Assembly (NCBI RefSeq): GCF_004010195.1
Contig: NC_057718.1
Span: forward strand, 25,299,313 to 25,363,260
From: Chiloscyllium plagiosum
Taxonomy: Eukaryota
Reading direction: 5' to 3'
Length of the DNA: 63,948 nucleotides
The notes beneath the pieces are model-generated. The model was given only the letters and a program-made list of their open reading frames with translations. It searched no databases and was not told the DNA's origin. The translations under genes were made by a program, and so were the position numbers. This document shows, piece after piece, positions 53,006 through 63,948 of the stretch; positions within the stretch are counted from its first letter, which is position 1; each line of letters opens with the position of its first letter.

Positions 53006-53984
53006 TTTTATAATGTTTTGGATGTAGATTTGTTCACTGAGCTGAAAGGTTCATTTCCAGACATTTCAGTACCGTACTAGGTAACACCTTCAGTGGACCT
53101 CATGTGAGGCAATGCTGAAAATTCCTGCTTTCTATTTATATGTTTGGGTTTCTTTGGGTCGGTAATGTCATTTCCTGTGGTAAAGTCACTTCCTGTTCCT
53201 TTTCTCAGGGGGTGGTAGATGGGGTCTAACTCGATGTGTTTGTTGATAGAGTTCCAGTTGGAATGCCATGCTTCTAGGAATTCTCGTCCGTGTCTTTGTT
53301 GGCTTGTCCTAGGATAGATGTATTGTCCCAGTCGAAATAGTGTCCTTCCTCATCTGTATGTGAGGATACTAGTGAAAGAGGGTTGTGTCTTTTTGTGGCT
53401 AGTTGGTGTTCATGTAACCTGGTGACTTGTTTTCTGCCTGTTTGTCCAATGTAGTGTTTACAGTCCTTGCACGGTATTTTGTAAATGACGTTAGTTTTGA
53501 TCATTGTCTATATAGGGTCTTTCAAGTTCATTAGCTGCTGATTTAATGTGTTGGTAGGTTTGTGGGCTACCATGATGCCAAGGGGTCTGAGTAGTCTGGC
53601 AGTCATTTCTGAGATGTCTTTGATGTAGGAGAGAGTGGCTAGGGTTCCTGGACGTGTTTTGTCTGCTTGTTTGGTTTTGTTGCTGAGAAATCGACAGACT
53701 GTGTTCTTTGGGTACCCATTCTTTATGAATACATGGTATAGGACTTCACCACAGGAAATAACATCACCACAGGAAATGACATCACCAACCCAAAGAAACC
53801 CAAACATATAAATAGAAAGCAGGAATTTTCAGCATTGCTTTGCATGAAGTCCACTGAAGGTGTTACCTAGTAAGGTAATGAAACATCTGGAAATGAACCT
53901 TTCAGCTCAGCGAGCAAACCTTCATTCAAAACATCAACCTGAGCTACAAATCTTCTCAAAACTCGCTAACTCTTTTATAATGTT
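53006..53984. mobile_element. Poseidon-like Penelope insertion: minus-strand GIY-YIG ORF fragment with inverted terminal repeat and 12 bp TSD
   Basis: ORF 53274-53504 KTNVIYKIPCKDCKHYIGQTGR...RLHEH; arms ~53013-53185 and ~53745-53935 inverted; TSD ttttataatgtt at 53006-53017 and 53973-53984. Confidence 0.9.
53850..53891 (+). ncRNA. Minimal hammerhead motif (mirror copy at 53057-53096 minus)
   Basis: TCCA-CTGAAGG-T-GTTACC-TAGTAA-GGTAAT-GAAAC-ATC-TGGA; 4 bp stem I, 6 bp stem II; A9 to G change in both arms. Confidence 0.62.
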
Positions 53985-54429
53985 ATGTAGTTTCCTGTTC
54001 TTAATTTACTCTTAAGCTGCAGGAGTTGCTAACAATTATTACCTATTACAATTACCTTAGATTAGTGGAACATCTTTAAAACCAGTATCATCCAAATAGT
54101 AGACATTCGTTTGGAAAGTTAAAAGAAGGCTGTGAGGTAAATTAGAGGCAAAGTGGCAAATGGGTTATACGCAAGAATAAGTCAAACTCACGTAAAGAAT
54201 ACTTTAACTTATCTGAAAGAAATAACTCTCAGGATAATGGAACACGATCAAGTTCAATGATGCCAATGAAACCAGTAAATTTATCAACCAAAGGTTCATC
54301 GGTGAAGAAGATAGATAAATTTTGTGTGAGCTAAAGCAAGTTATGTTTTTGAATATGTTTTAATTAGTGTATATAACTGTTGAAGGGTTTCTCAAGGAAG
54401 ATTATATGGTTTTTGTTAAACACCAGAGG

Positions 54430-54652
54430 TTAAATATCAATCAGGAGAAAGTGAGGACTGCCGATGCTGGACATCAGAGTCGAGAGTATGGTGCGGAAAA
54501 GCACAGCAAGTCAGGCAGCATGTGAGGAGCAGGGGAATTGATATTTTGGACTAAAGCCCTTCATCAGGAAGGGCTGCTTCTCCTGCTCCTCGGATGCTGC
54601 CTGACCTGCTGTGCTTTTCCAGCACCATACTCTTCAATTAAATACCAATCAG
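54430..54652. mobile_element. Older fold-back Penelope-like mini-insertion
   Basis: Same family terminus as 5515; TSD ttaaata(t/c)caatcag at 54430-54444 and 54638-54652. Confidence 0.8.
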
Positions 54653-55290
54653 ACAGGCTTCAGGCAACTTTTGTGCATAGACCTTTGTCCCAACTTACAC
54701 ATCACAAAACTCCAACACACTGATTACTTGTTCCCATGCATGCATATATTCCACTCGAGTTCTTACCAAGTTTTTGTTTTTATAATTCAGCAATGTTACA
54801 CATCTCTGGAATAGGTGTGACTTAATCTGAGTCCTCCTGGCTTAGAGGTAGAGAAACTACCACTGAGCCAAAAGATCTCCATCTCACCAAATTATCCCTT
54901 AATTAACATGTACTCATCACTAGTTCTCTAGTTCCATTTTGTGTCAGGCATCCCTACCAGATTCTGTTAAATGATAATGTAAAGTGGTGAAGGCTGAATT
55001 AGATAGTATTTTGATTGACAAAGATTTCAGCGACTTTGAGGCAAGACACTAGAAAATGAAGTTGAGGCCACAATTAGCTTAGCATGGAATATATCCCATC
55101 TACCAAAAGCTGAAAACTTACAGGGATATCAGAAAAAACAGGAAATAGTCCCTTGGGAATCACTCCAGAAATTTTTATGGGATACCTGAATTATAGCAGG
55201 ATTCAGCAAGCAACGACCATCATTAATCAAATATTTTATGTCTCTGGAGTTATAATTGCCCAGGCACATGCCAAAGTATCATTATTTTAT

Positions 55291-55485
55291 ATATATCCTG
55301 CAAAGTCGCACAACACCAGGTTCTAGTTCAACAGGTTTATTTGAAATCACAAGCTTTCAGCCCTCTGCTCCTTCACAAAGCTTGTGATTTCAAATAAACC
55401 TGTTGGACTATAACTAGTGTCGTGTGACTTCTGACTTTGTCTGCCTCAGTCCAACACCAGCACCTCCACATCATAAATATATCCT
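55291..55485. mobile_element. Fold-back Penelope-like mini-insertion related to the 43970-44822 family
   Basis: caacaggtttatttgaaatcacaagcttt / aaagcttgtgatttcaaataaacctgttg; TSD atatatcct at 55291-55299 and 55477-55485. Confidence 0.8.
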
Positions 55486-55835
55486 AGAATCATAGAAGCT
55501 CTATGGTCTGGAAGAAGGCCATTAAGCCCATCGAGTCTGCACCGACTGTCCAAAGAGCATCCCACCCAGATCCAGCATCCCATAACCACACATTTACCAT
55601 GATTGATCCACCTAGCCTACACATTCCTGAACACTGTTGACAATTGCAGTATGGCCAATCCACCTAATCTACATAACTTTGGACTATGGAGGAAACTGGA
55701 GCATCAGTGGGAAACCCAGGCAGCACGGGGAGAATGTGCAAACTCCATACAGATAGTCACCTGAGGCTGAACTCAAACCTGGGTCACTGGCATTGTGAGG
55801 CAGCAGTTCTAAACACTGAGTCACCGTGTTACCCT
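55486..55835 (-). mobile_element. HE1-type V-SINE
   Basis: Reverse V-domain and tRNA head. Confidence 0.82.
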
Positions 55836-56125
55836 CGCTAACCATTCCCGCATATACTGCTGGTAGTTTCTTTTCTTGGTGAAGAGTTGAGGCAAAAATG
55901 CACACCACATGGGGATAAAGTTAAGAACCCTCTTTTTTTAATGAAATTCATCATTTTTAAAAACAGACTTTGGGAAGATGAGCTCCAAAAACTACCTAAT
56001 TCAATATTATATCCGGTTGACAGATAGTTGAGAGATCTGGCTAGCAATAGTTTGACAAAATAGAGAATTAGGCTTCACCAATGCATTTAAAATGCACACC
56101 TCAAATAGTTTGTTTTCTCATGCAG

Positions 56126-56187
56126 GAGGATACGTAATAATTTGGGATATTGCAGCCTTTCTAGGTGATCCATACTCATTAAATAAG
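56126..56187 (+). CDS. WDR64: WDR64 exon (11th)
   Basis: ctcatgcag|GAGGA...AATAAG|gtatgt; (R)GYVIIWDIAAFLGDPYSLNK; phase 1 to 0. Confidence 0.9.
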
Positions 56188-57277
56188 GTATGTTTCATCA
56201 TTTAATTGCAACACTGTTAAGGAAATAGAAAGTAATATTGGTTCTATGAGAATTTTTTATTGATTGAGAAGGAAGATAATCTAACAAGTGGCAAACTACC
56301 TCTTCCCAATTGAATATCCTGAGAGAAGTAATAACCTTTCATGAAGTTAAACTTTGTGAAATACTCTCTGATCACAGTAATCATTGAACAAGATTCACGT
56401 ACATGAATCAAACATTTCTTGCTGCATTATTCAGTCCTAAATACTCACACTTTCATTTATAATAGAAATATAAAGTTGCAACTCTCTTGTCATTTGCAAC
56501 ATTTAACAAAATGTCAGTTTATTCAAAGTCAAATTAGTATTTTCCAAAGACCATTTGTATAGCAAGGGCTTTTATGATTTTATACTTACCTGAAACAGAA
56601 ATATAGACACTTGCTAAATGAAATTTTCTCATATGCATGAACCTTCCTTGTGGACATTAGACATTTCTGCAATAACATTTGATTTGTTTGTACATTGCCA
56701 AAAGCACTATTTAAATATACTATTTAAAAGTCTCTCTTTCTGTTATTTGCTTGAGTTATTTTGCCTGGGCTGACTCATATCAGCCTTTCATTCCACTGTT
56801 CTAAATATACTCTGATGTTCACCCAGTGTTGATGGGCTCACAGTTAAGTTCAATATTTACTTCATCGATTGTTCATTACAAAATATCAATCAGGAATGGA
56901 AACCTTTCGAAGGAATTTGAGGCCTTAGCTGAGCTGAGGATGTTAGGAGTGAAAGCAAAGTAGCTGCTGACTTGATCAACTGAACGGGTAGAGTATTGTC
57001 ACTGCCACAAGTTTGCCATTGATTTTTCTTTTGTGGTTAAAATCATGGCGGGTGCTTATCAGAGTGGTATTAAACCTCAGGTAATGCAAAGGCACAAGAA
57101 AATAACAGCAATGTGCATGTATTTGACTTGTAACACAGTGTGGGAAGTAACAATGAAACATATCAATATACAATTAAACAAGAAACAAAGATACTGACAT
57201 CTTTACATATTGTTTTCTTAATGTCAATGAAGTCATGTTTTGAAGTCATGTTGATCACATTTACTCTATTTCTGTAG

Positions 57278-57390
57278 GATTCTGTCAATCGCCTAGTTAG
57301 CTGGAGAGCCCATAATTTCCAAATAGTGAGTCTGTTCCATGTGGAGGAGGCAAATGTTGCTGTTACTGCATCCATAGATTGTTCAATCAG
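57278..57390 (+). CDS. WDR64: WDR64 exon (12th)
   Basis: ttctgtag|GATTCT...ATCAG|gtataa; DSVNRLVSWRAHNFQIVSLFHVEEANVAVTASIDCSI(R), like WDR64 SWRAHSLEII...VLTASIDGSVR; phase 0 to 2. Confidence 0.92.
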
Positions 57391-58647
57391 GTATAAAAAG
57401 GGTGGAAGTACATAGAGCTTTGTTGAAATTTTACAACTGGTCAGCCCTTGTACCTTTTATTTGATAGGCTAATTATTTCTGTTATCAGGTTAAGCTGTTT
57501 AAGCATTTCATGTTATTCTTCATGCATAACTTTCTATCTTAAGTCTGGACATTTCTGTACTGACTTGAAAATGTCTGAAGTCTGTGTCCTTTTTGGTAAT
57601 TATTCCTGTGCTGTGGGCAGGAATTTCTAGCATTTATATCCAATCCTAAATACTCATGAGAAACCTTCCTCCAGAAATGTTGCAGGCAGTTTGATGCAAT
57701 AATCCAATTCAGAGACAGGTTAGTAACAAATATATTATGTGCATATGCAATTGCATATGGATCAGACTGGGACCAAATGATGGTTTTCCTTCCTGAAACA
57801 ACATTAGTGAACTAATTGTAGTTGCAAAATCACATCTTCTTGCCAGGAATAGTATTTTGGCAGCTCAATTTACATTTCTGATCCGAATAGCTTGTAACAC
57901 TTGGAAAGAAAAAGACAAACAACTCTATTGTTTAAAGTTTCACTTTTACTTTTGATTGTGATTATATAAAATCAAAAAATATAGAAATAGGATAGAATAG
58001 CTTTAAAATTATGACAAAATTTTAACTCCACCGATTCAAATATTTTCTGTCTTTTAAATCTACAACTAAGGACTATACTTTATCATCATCATCTATTTTG
58101 ACTTGTTGGGAGATCAACTGGTTTTAATTTAATGTTATGTGGGTGGTAAGCATTTTCTAAAGGTGTAGTACTTACTTCCTTGACACTTTTCTGTCTTACA
58201 TTTCCATCAGACTGCTTCTGTCACATCTGTCTATTAAGTTTAAAAGCTTGCCATATTATTATATATATTTTGTATGAAGTCCTCCTAGTTCTGCACTCAG
58301 TTTTCGTATAGGCTTGTACACTTGTAATGATGCTCATTATAGGAACCCTTGAAAGGTATAAAAGTGGAAGTGATGTAGTAAGTGACTTGCCCCATTAACT
58401 ATGGCACGTTATACTGCGTCTTCTTTTTAACCTTCACTAGAAAAATGTACTAAGCTATTAAAAAATATAGGTCTGTCAAATTTCTCACTCCCTGGTATGC
58501 CTTTAGAACATTACAGTGCAGTACAGGCCCTTCGGCCCTCAGTGTTCTTTCGTAATAAGAATTTTTTTTCTTAAGTCCAGGTGTTCCTATACCTATTATT
58601 GCTCTTCTTTCTGTTCAGGTAACCAAGGGTGTAGTGTATTGGGAAAG

Positions 58648-58990
58648 GCAGCACGATGTGTCAATGGTTAGCAGTGCTGCCTCACAGTGCCAGGGACCTA
58701 TGTTCAATTCCAGCCTCAGACAATTATCTGTGTGGAGTTTGCAAATTCTCTCCATGTCTGCATGGGTTTCCTTTGGGTGCTCTGGCTTCTTCCCCCAGTC
58801 CAAAGATGTGCGGGTGGTGTGGATTAGCCATGCTAAACTTCCTATAGTGACCAGGGTTGTGCAGGCCAAGTGGATTAACCATTGGGAATAGATAATTACA
58901 GGAATGGTCGGGATGGGATGCTCTTTGGAGGGTCATTGTGGACTTGATGGGCTGAATGGCCTGCTTCCACTCTGTAGGATTTCTATGATA
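58648..58990 (+). mobile_element. HE1-type V-SINE
   Basis: ggttagcagtgctgcctcacag...gttcaattcc, V-domain, CR1-type tail. Confidence 0.85.
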
Positions 58991-59139
58991 ACATGACTCA
59001 GGCTAGCTTTTCTACTGGTAGGTGCAGAAATACCTGGTTGGAGAACTAAGAGAATGAAAGTTATAGGCTTGTTCTTGAGTGACAAGATACTGAGTAACAA
59101 CTTGGCTGCTACAGACAGCTGCAACAGCTACAAATTAGG

Positions 59140-59645
59140 GTCATAGAGTCATATAGCATGGAAACAGAGCCTTTGGTCCAACCTGTCCATGCTGACCAGG
59201 TTTCCCAAACTAAACAACTCTCATTTGTCTGTTTTTGGCCCAAATCTCTTTTCTACTTATCTATCTGTCCAGATGTCTTCTAAAAGCTGTAACTGTACCT
59301 GCATCTACCACTTCCTCTGGCAGTTTATTCCATATACGCACTACCCTCTGTGTGAAAACATTGCCCCTTAGGCCCTTTATAAATCTTTCCTGTCTCACCT
59401 TAAAAATGAGCTTCCTAGTTTTCAACTCACCTTTCAAGGGAAAAGACCTTTGCTATTCACCTTATCTCTATCCCTCATGAATTTATAAACCTCTGTAAGA
59501 TCAACCCTCAACCTCCTATGCTCCAGAGAGAGAAGTACCAACCTATCTGGCTTCTGCTTATAATCCAAACCCTCCAGTCCCAGTAACATCATTGTAAATC
59601 TTCACTGTATCCTTTCCAATTTAATAATATTCTTCCTGTAGCAGA
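59140..59645 (-). mobile_element. CR1/HER1 3' fragment
   Basis: Reverse complement of the 28760-29220 region. Confidence 0.85.
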
Positions 59646-59974
59646 TTATAGGGAGAAGGAAGAGATCTGGTTAGTGCATGAATGGTACCAGTAAGCAAGA
59701 TCAAAGAGGTGAAACTCCTTGCTACATATTCTACTGCACTGCTGTACATCTTGATGCCTTTCACTTCTTCGTAACCCTCTGTTCTGCTCAGCCCTTTGAT
59801 TCCCTGTTCAAGTACAGTTGATTTTAAGAACTTGTTATGTGGTGAATTGTGGCATGAGCCTGAGCCCTGTCAATTTTGTCACCCTCATGTGAGATGCCAT
59901 GAGATGGCAACCCATGCTGCAAGTCTGACTTACAAAATAAAGATATTGTGTCTGTCTATTTTATTGTTACACAG

Positions 59975-60157
59975 GGTTTGGTACTCACCAAATGGGCATT
60001 ACATTGGATATTTTGGACAACATAGCTCTTTGGTATTAATGAACCCCAGTAAGTTTGTTTTACCATCTGACATAATTGAAGCACCTGTGGAAAGCCAGTC
60101 AAACAAATCAGACAAGACTGACCAGTTGGATTATCCCTTGAAATTGGATTGGGAAAG
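59975..60157 (+). CDS. WDR64: WDR64 exon (13th; last identified)
   Basis: tacacag|GGTTTG...GAAAG|gtgagg; (R)VWYSPNGHYIGYFGQHSSLVLMNPSKFVLPSDIIEAPVE...DYPLKLDWE(R), like WDR64 NGHYCGYFGQ...FILPCD...YPLIFDRE; phase 2 to 2. Confidence 0.92.
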
Positions 60158-61288
60158 GTGAGGTTGCATTTATGACTTGAATTTAGTTGCACAAAATTGT
60201 ACATGGTACACTACAGAAAACATATCATTTTAACATGAAAACTATAAGGCAAGTTCAGATTTGTTGATATGTAATTATTTTGCACCTTTTGTTATGCATA
60301 TGAAGTCTGAAGTATATTAATGCCTAATATTCTGAAAAGAGTTGCATAGTTTTAGATGTGATCCTCCTGTGTAGTTGAAGTAAAACACAAAGAAATAAAG
60401 CAATACTGGCCACAAAGCTTGGCAGTGTCACGTCTAGATTCTTGGCATAAGTACTATTTTTCCTCCCAAAGTTGCATCCACAGCATACCTGCACAGTTGT
60501 GGCGTTAGCTGTGTCAGATGTTGTTTTAGCTCAGGCGTTTGGACACATCCAGAGAGCATCCAGAAAATCTGAAGCTGTTGGTGCAGTTGATAAGATGTGG
60601 TATTTGTAGATACATCTACTGACATCAACCACTCAAGTGAAGTCACTTAACTTCATGCAGCACTCAGTTCAGATGCCCATGGAAACTCTTGTTGCATTAA
60701 CTACCACGGAGTGTGTTGCATTTTTTAGGATGCCACACACTGTTGGGTTAGGATGCTGTCATCAGGTGAATCTTAATGTGTTAAACACTGGGCCAGGTTT
60801 GCAATGGCCAGATAGTCATTGGAGCAGTGCAGACTGAAGTTGTTCATCAGGACATACAGTTGACTCAGTATTTGCTGTGTATCTGAATTTTCTGATGTGC
60901 AATTCCACTACATCTGAGAGAGTCTGTAGATACCAAGTCTACATCCTGGTCATTTACTAATATGACCATTACCCCAACTCATCACTGATAACTCCCAACT
61001 ATACTGCACTGGCCCATTATAACACTATAACACTCCAGACCCCTGATAGCTGCCCCCAACCCAACACAGTTCCACCCCACTTAACATTCAGCAACTAACC
61101 ATCTTCTCATCAGATTTGAAACTCTTCCCTCTGCTCCCCAGACCTGAGTTCACACATCCCCACATTCCACATGTGTGACATTATCTCCCATCCCCATTAC
61201 TGAACCTGGGACCCCTACCACCCTGCTCTAAGCACTCCGTAAATTACTGGGCACCCTGGCATTACACACAGCTGGCATCTTACTTAAT

Positions 61289-61336
61289 AGGAACCCTACT
61301 CAGCAGGAACCCTACTTACCAGGAACCCTACTTAAT
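61289..61336. repeat. 3 x 16 bp tandem repeat (aggaaccctactNNNN)
   Basis: Units start at 61289, 61305, 61321. Confidence 0.85.
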
Positions 61337-63444
61337 AAGGCCTTTCCTTCTTAGCCAACATACCTTGATATTTGCCCTTTTACAGGAGCTGGCAAAGTGT
61401 CTGATTGCACTGCTGGAAATTTAAATCACAGAATATGACATCTACTGCCATAAAAAAGTGACCGAGATGGACTTCCCCTATCTGTCCTATACTACAAAAG
61501 GGAAGAACTGCAATTTGACTGTGATTGCTATTATTAGGAATATCCAGGCCACTACGTAGTTTATTGTATGAAAGCAATCAGGTGCAAATTTACATCAGTA
61601 AGATGTGCATTGTTGCTAAGACTGTGGGGAAACTTGAGAATAAAAGTCTGCATTCTACAAGATTCTATGCTGCTCTATGTAATTCTCATCCAAGCCAGTA
61701 TGGCATCATCCGATTAGGTGGACCTTAAGACAATCTCCGACATTAAACCTTCTGTTACCTTTATGAACAGTTTCTTGTCCAATATGCCTTCACAATGTTT
61801 GTCAGATGTGCCTCCTGTGTGGTCACCTGTGGGTAGAGGGCCTCTTTCCTCCCTTCCAGCTCCTGCACAAAAGTGTAGTGTTGGCTGGCATCCTGGAACC
61901 TGGACACTGTCACTGTGTGCCACTCTTTCCAGAAACAGGATAAGTTGGCACCTGCTGCCGTATACCTCCCATTACGAGGTGCAGACAAGCTTTAACTTTA
62001 ACTCCTACTAGCTTCTCGGGAATTTGTGCCTACCTAGATGTGTAAGCACTCAGCAAGTTTAAAGCTGACTGTACCTTACTACCATTGCATAAGCAGAGTT
62101 GGAGCTTGCCTAGATCCGAAGGGCAAAATAAGCACAAAATAATCCTGAGTCATGATCCACTAACTCACTTTCAAGTCCTGTCCAATTTCCATGTCTTCCA
62201 GTAATTAGTGTGATTTCGGTGATCCATTATTTAATATCTTAGTGGTTAAAATGATTTAAGTGTTGCTACATTTCATCTGATTTTGAACTGTACTGTTGTA
62301 TAACAGGCTCTTTCAAACATCTAAATGTTAGACTCTAACAGTTCACTACAAATATTCAGCCCCTTGATAACTGAAATCTGCACCTTTGTACTCGTTATAT
62401 GCTGGTTAACATGTCTCAGTTTGATAACTGAGCTTATAATTATCATGTTGCTACTGCTCTCTCAGTCTGTGATCTTCGATTTTCTGAATATGTTTATTTG
62501 TTGCGTCTGCACTTTATCAATGTCTGGGCACATAAAGAATAATATATTGGCAAATTGAACAACCTTAGTCCTTCATTCTGACATTAGAAATTCATTGGTA
62601 AGAACAGGCTGAGATCAGAACCCTGGAGAATCCCAAAACTTTATTGAAATTTCTGTCTCCACTCTGACACTCAGCTCAACAATGCAGCCCCATTCACTGT
62701 CTTTTGCAAAGGGTTTGTGCTGACTCCTTCACTACTCAACATCTGCATTAGCCATTTACACAGTTTTGTGCAAATTAATTTATGCTGAGAGTTACCTGCA
62801 TTAGTGAGACCCTTTTCACCGCCCTACAGATTATGGTGAATACACTCAATACTCAAAGCTGTTCTTTACTACCTCTAAACCTTTGGTAACAACTTTCAAT
62901 GAAACAATAGAACCACCAAGGAAGCACTTAATGAAATCTTTTGGACAGAAATGTGAATTTAGAGCCAATTTGGCAAATATGTGCTGGAATTAAGAGCAAG
63001 GACTTGCCTCAATTAAGTACTTATGAGCATTACATTAAGCACACAGGCTTTGACCAGTGACTCCAGCACTGTTATACATACCCATGAATATTGCACACAG
63101 GTTTGGGCATTCAGCTGACATACCAAATCTCTACATCCACAATGAAGACTAAGATGAATACACAATCAATGTTTCATCACTGTAGTATGGACATCAAATC
63201 CAAGAGACATTCGTTTTCAAACACAATTGAACCACAGCCAAACTACACTTACCAATTTGTGATGATCGCTAGAACTTTAAAAAGTCACACCTGTAATCTC
63301 ACACAAGTCTTCATTAGATTGGACTAATGGTCTCAAACCGTTCTTGCATAGAGTTCGAAGATTCTAATATACATGGAAGATAAAAGCAGGAGTAGGTTAA
63401 TTCAAACCTTCAAGCCTACTCTGCCATCAATATGGCTGATCATC

Positions 63445-63948
63445 CAACTCAACAATTTCTCCTTTGAATCCTCCCACTTCCTCCAGACGAAAAGGGTAGA
63501 CATGGGCACCTGCATGGGCCCCAGCCACGTCTGTCTCTTTGTCTGCTACATGGAACAGTCTATCTTCCATAGTTATACTGGCACCACTCCACACCGTTTC
63601 CATTGCTACATTGTTGACTGTATTGGTACCACCTCGTGCACCCACAAGAAGGTTGAACAGTTCATCAACTTCAACAACACATACCAGCCTGACCTTAAAT
63701 TCACCTGAACCATCTCTGACACCTCCCTCCCCTTCCTGGACCTCTCCATTTCCATCAATGGTGACCAACTCAAAACTGACATCTTCTACAAACCTACTGA
63801 CTCTCACAGCTACCTGGATTACACCTCCTCCCACCCTACCTCCTGCAAAAATGCGATCCCTTATTCCCAATTCCTCCACCTCTGCCTCGTCTGCTCCCAG
63901 GAAGACCAGTTCCACCACAGAACACAACAGATGGCCTGCTTCTTTAGA
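63445..63948 (+). mobile_element. Penelope-like reverse transcriptase fragment
   Basis: LNNFSFESSHFLQTKRVDMGTCMGPS.VCLFVCYMEQ, decayed YIDD (YIVD), LKFT, LPFLDL, YKPTDSHSYL; runs off window end; preceded by a short minus-strand CR1 tail at ~63370-63445. Confidence 0.88.

Noticed and set aside
52480..53013. 177 aa plus-strand ORF
   Set aside because: No domain signature; does not fit the exon phase chain 52000 to 56126
61289..61336. CRISPR-like repeat array
   Set aside because: Only 12 bp repeats with 4 bp variable parts, vertebrate intron, no cas genes
61386..61404. Possible terminal WDR64 exon after ttttacag
   Set aside because: In the required phase it gives only SWQSV then stop and lies beside repeat-like DNA; the acceptor at 62307 also stops quickly. 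The true next exon is probably outside the window

Overview
Eukaryotic, intron-rich vertebrate DNA, very probably from a shark: it carries elasmobranch HE1-type V-SINEs, their partner HER1/CR1 LINEs and a SacSINE1-like DeuSINE remnant. The window holds the middle and 3' part of one + strand WD40-repeat gene that I recognise as WDR64. Thirteen GT-AG exons (2558-60157) splice in phase into a stop-free stretch of 515 codons; its start and stop codons were not found in the window. The introns are packed with CR1 and other LINE fragments, SINEs, Tc1/mariner MITEs, Gypsy and Harbinger relics and many Penelope-like element (PLE) pieces. The most striking non-genic signal is a set of short fold-back (inverted-repeat) PLE insertions from at least four families. 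Most have 9-17 bp target-site duplications and carry minimal hammerhead-ribozyme cores (CUGANGA...GAAAC-GUC), and their inversion junctions cluster at the ribozyme. One family has a compensatory U3-A8 core variant. All family and gene assignments come from motif recall, not database searches.
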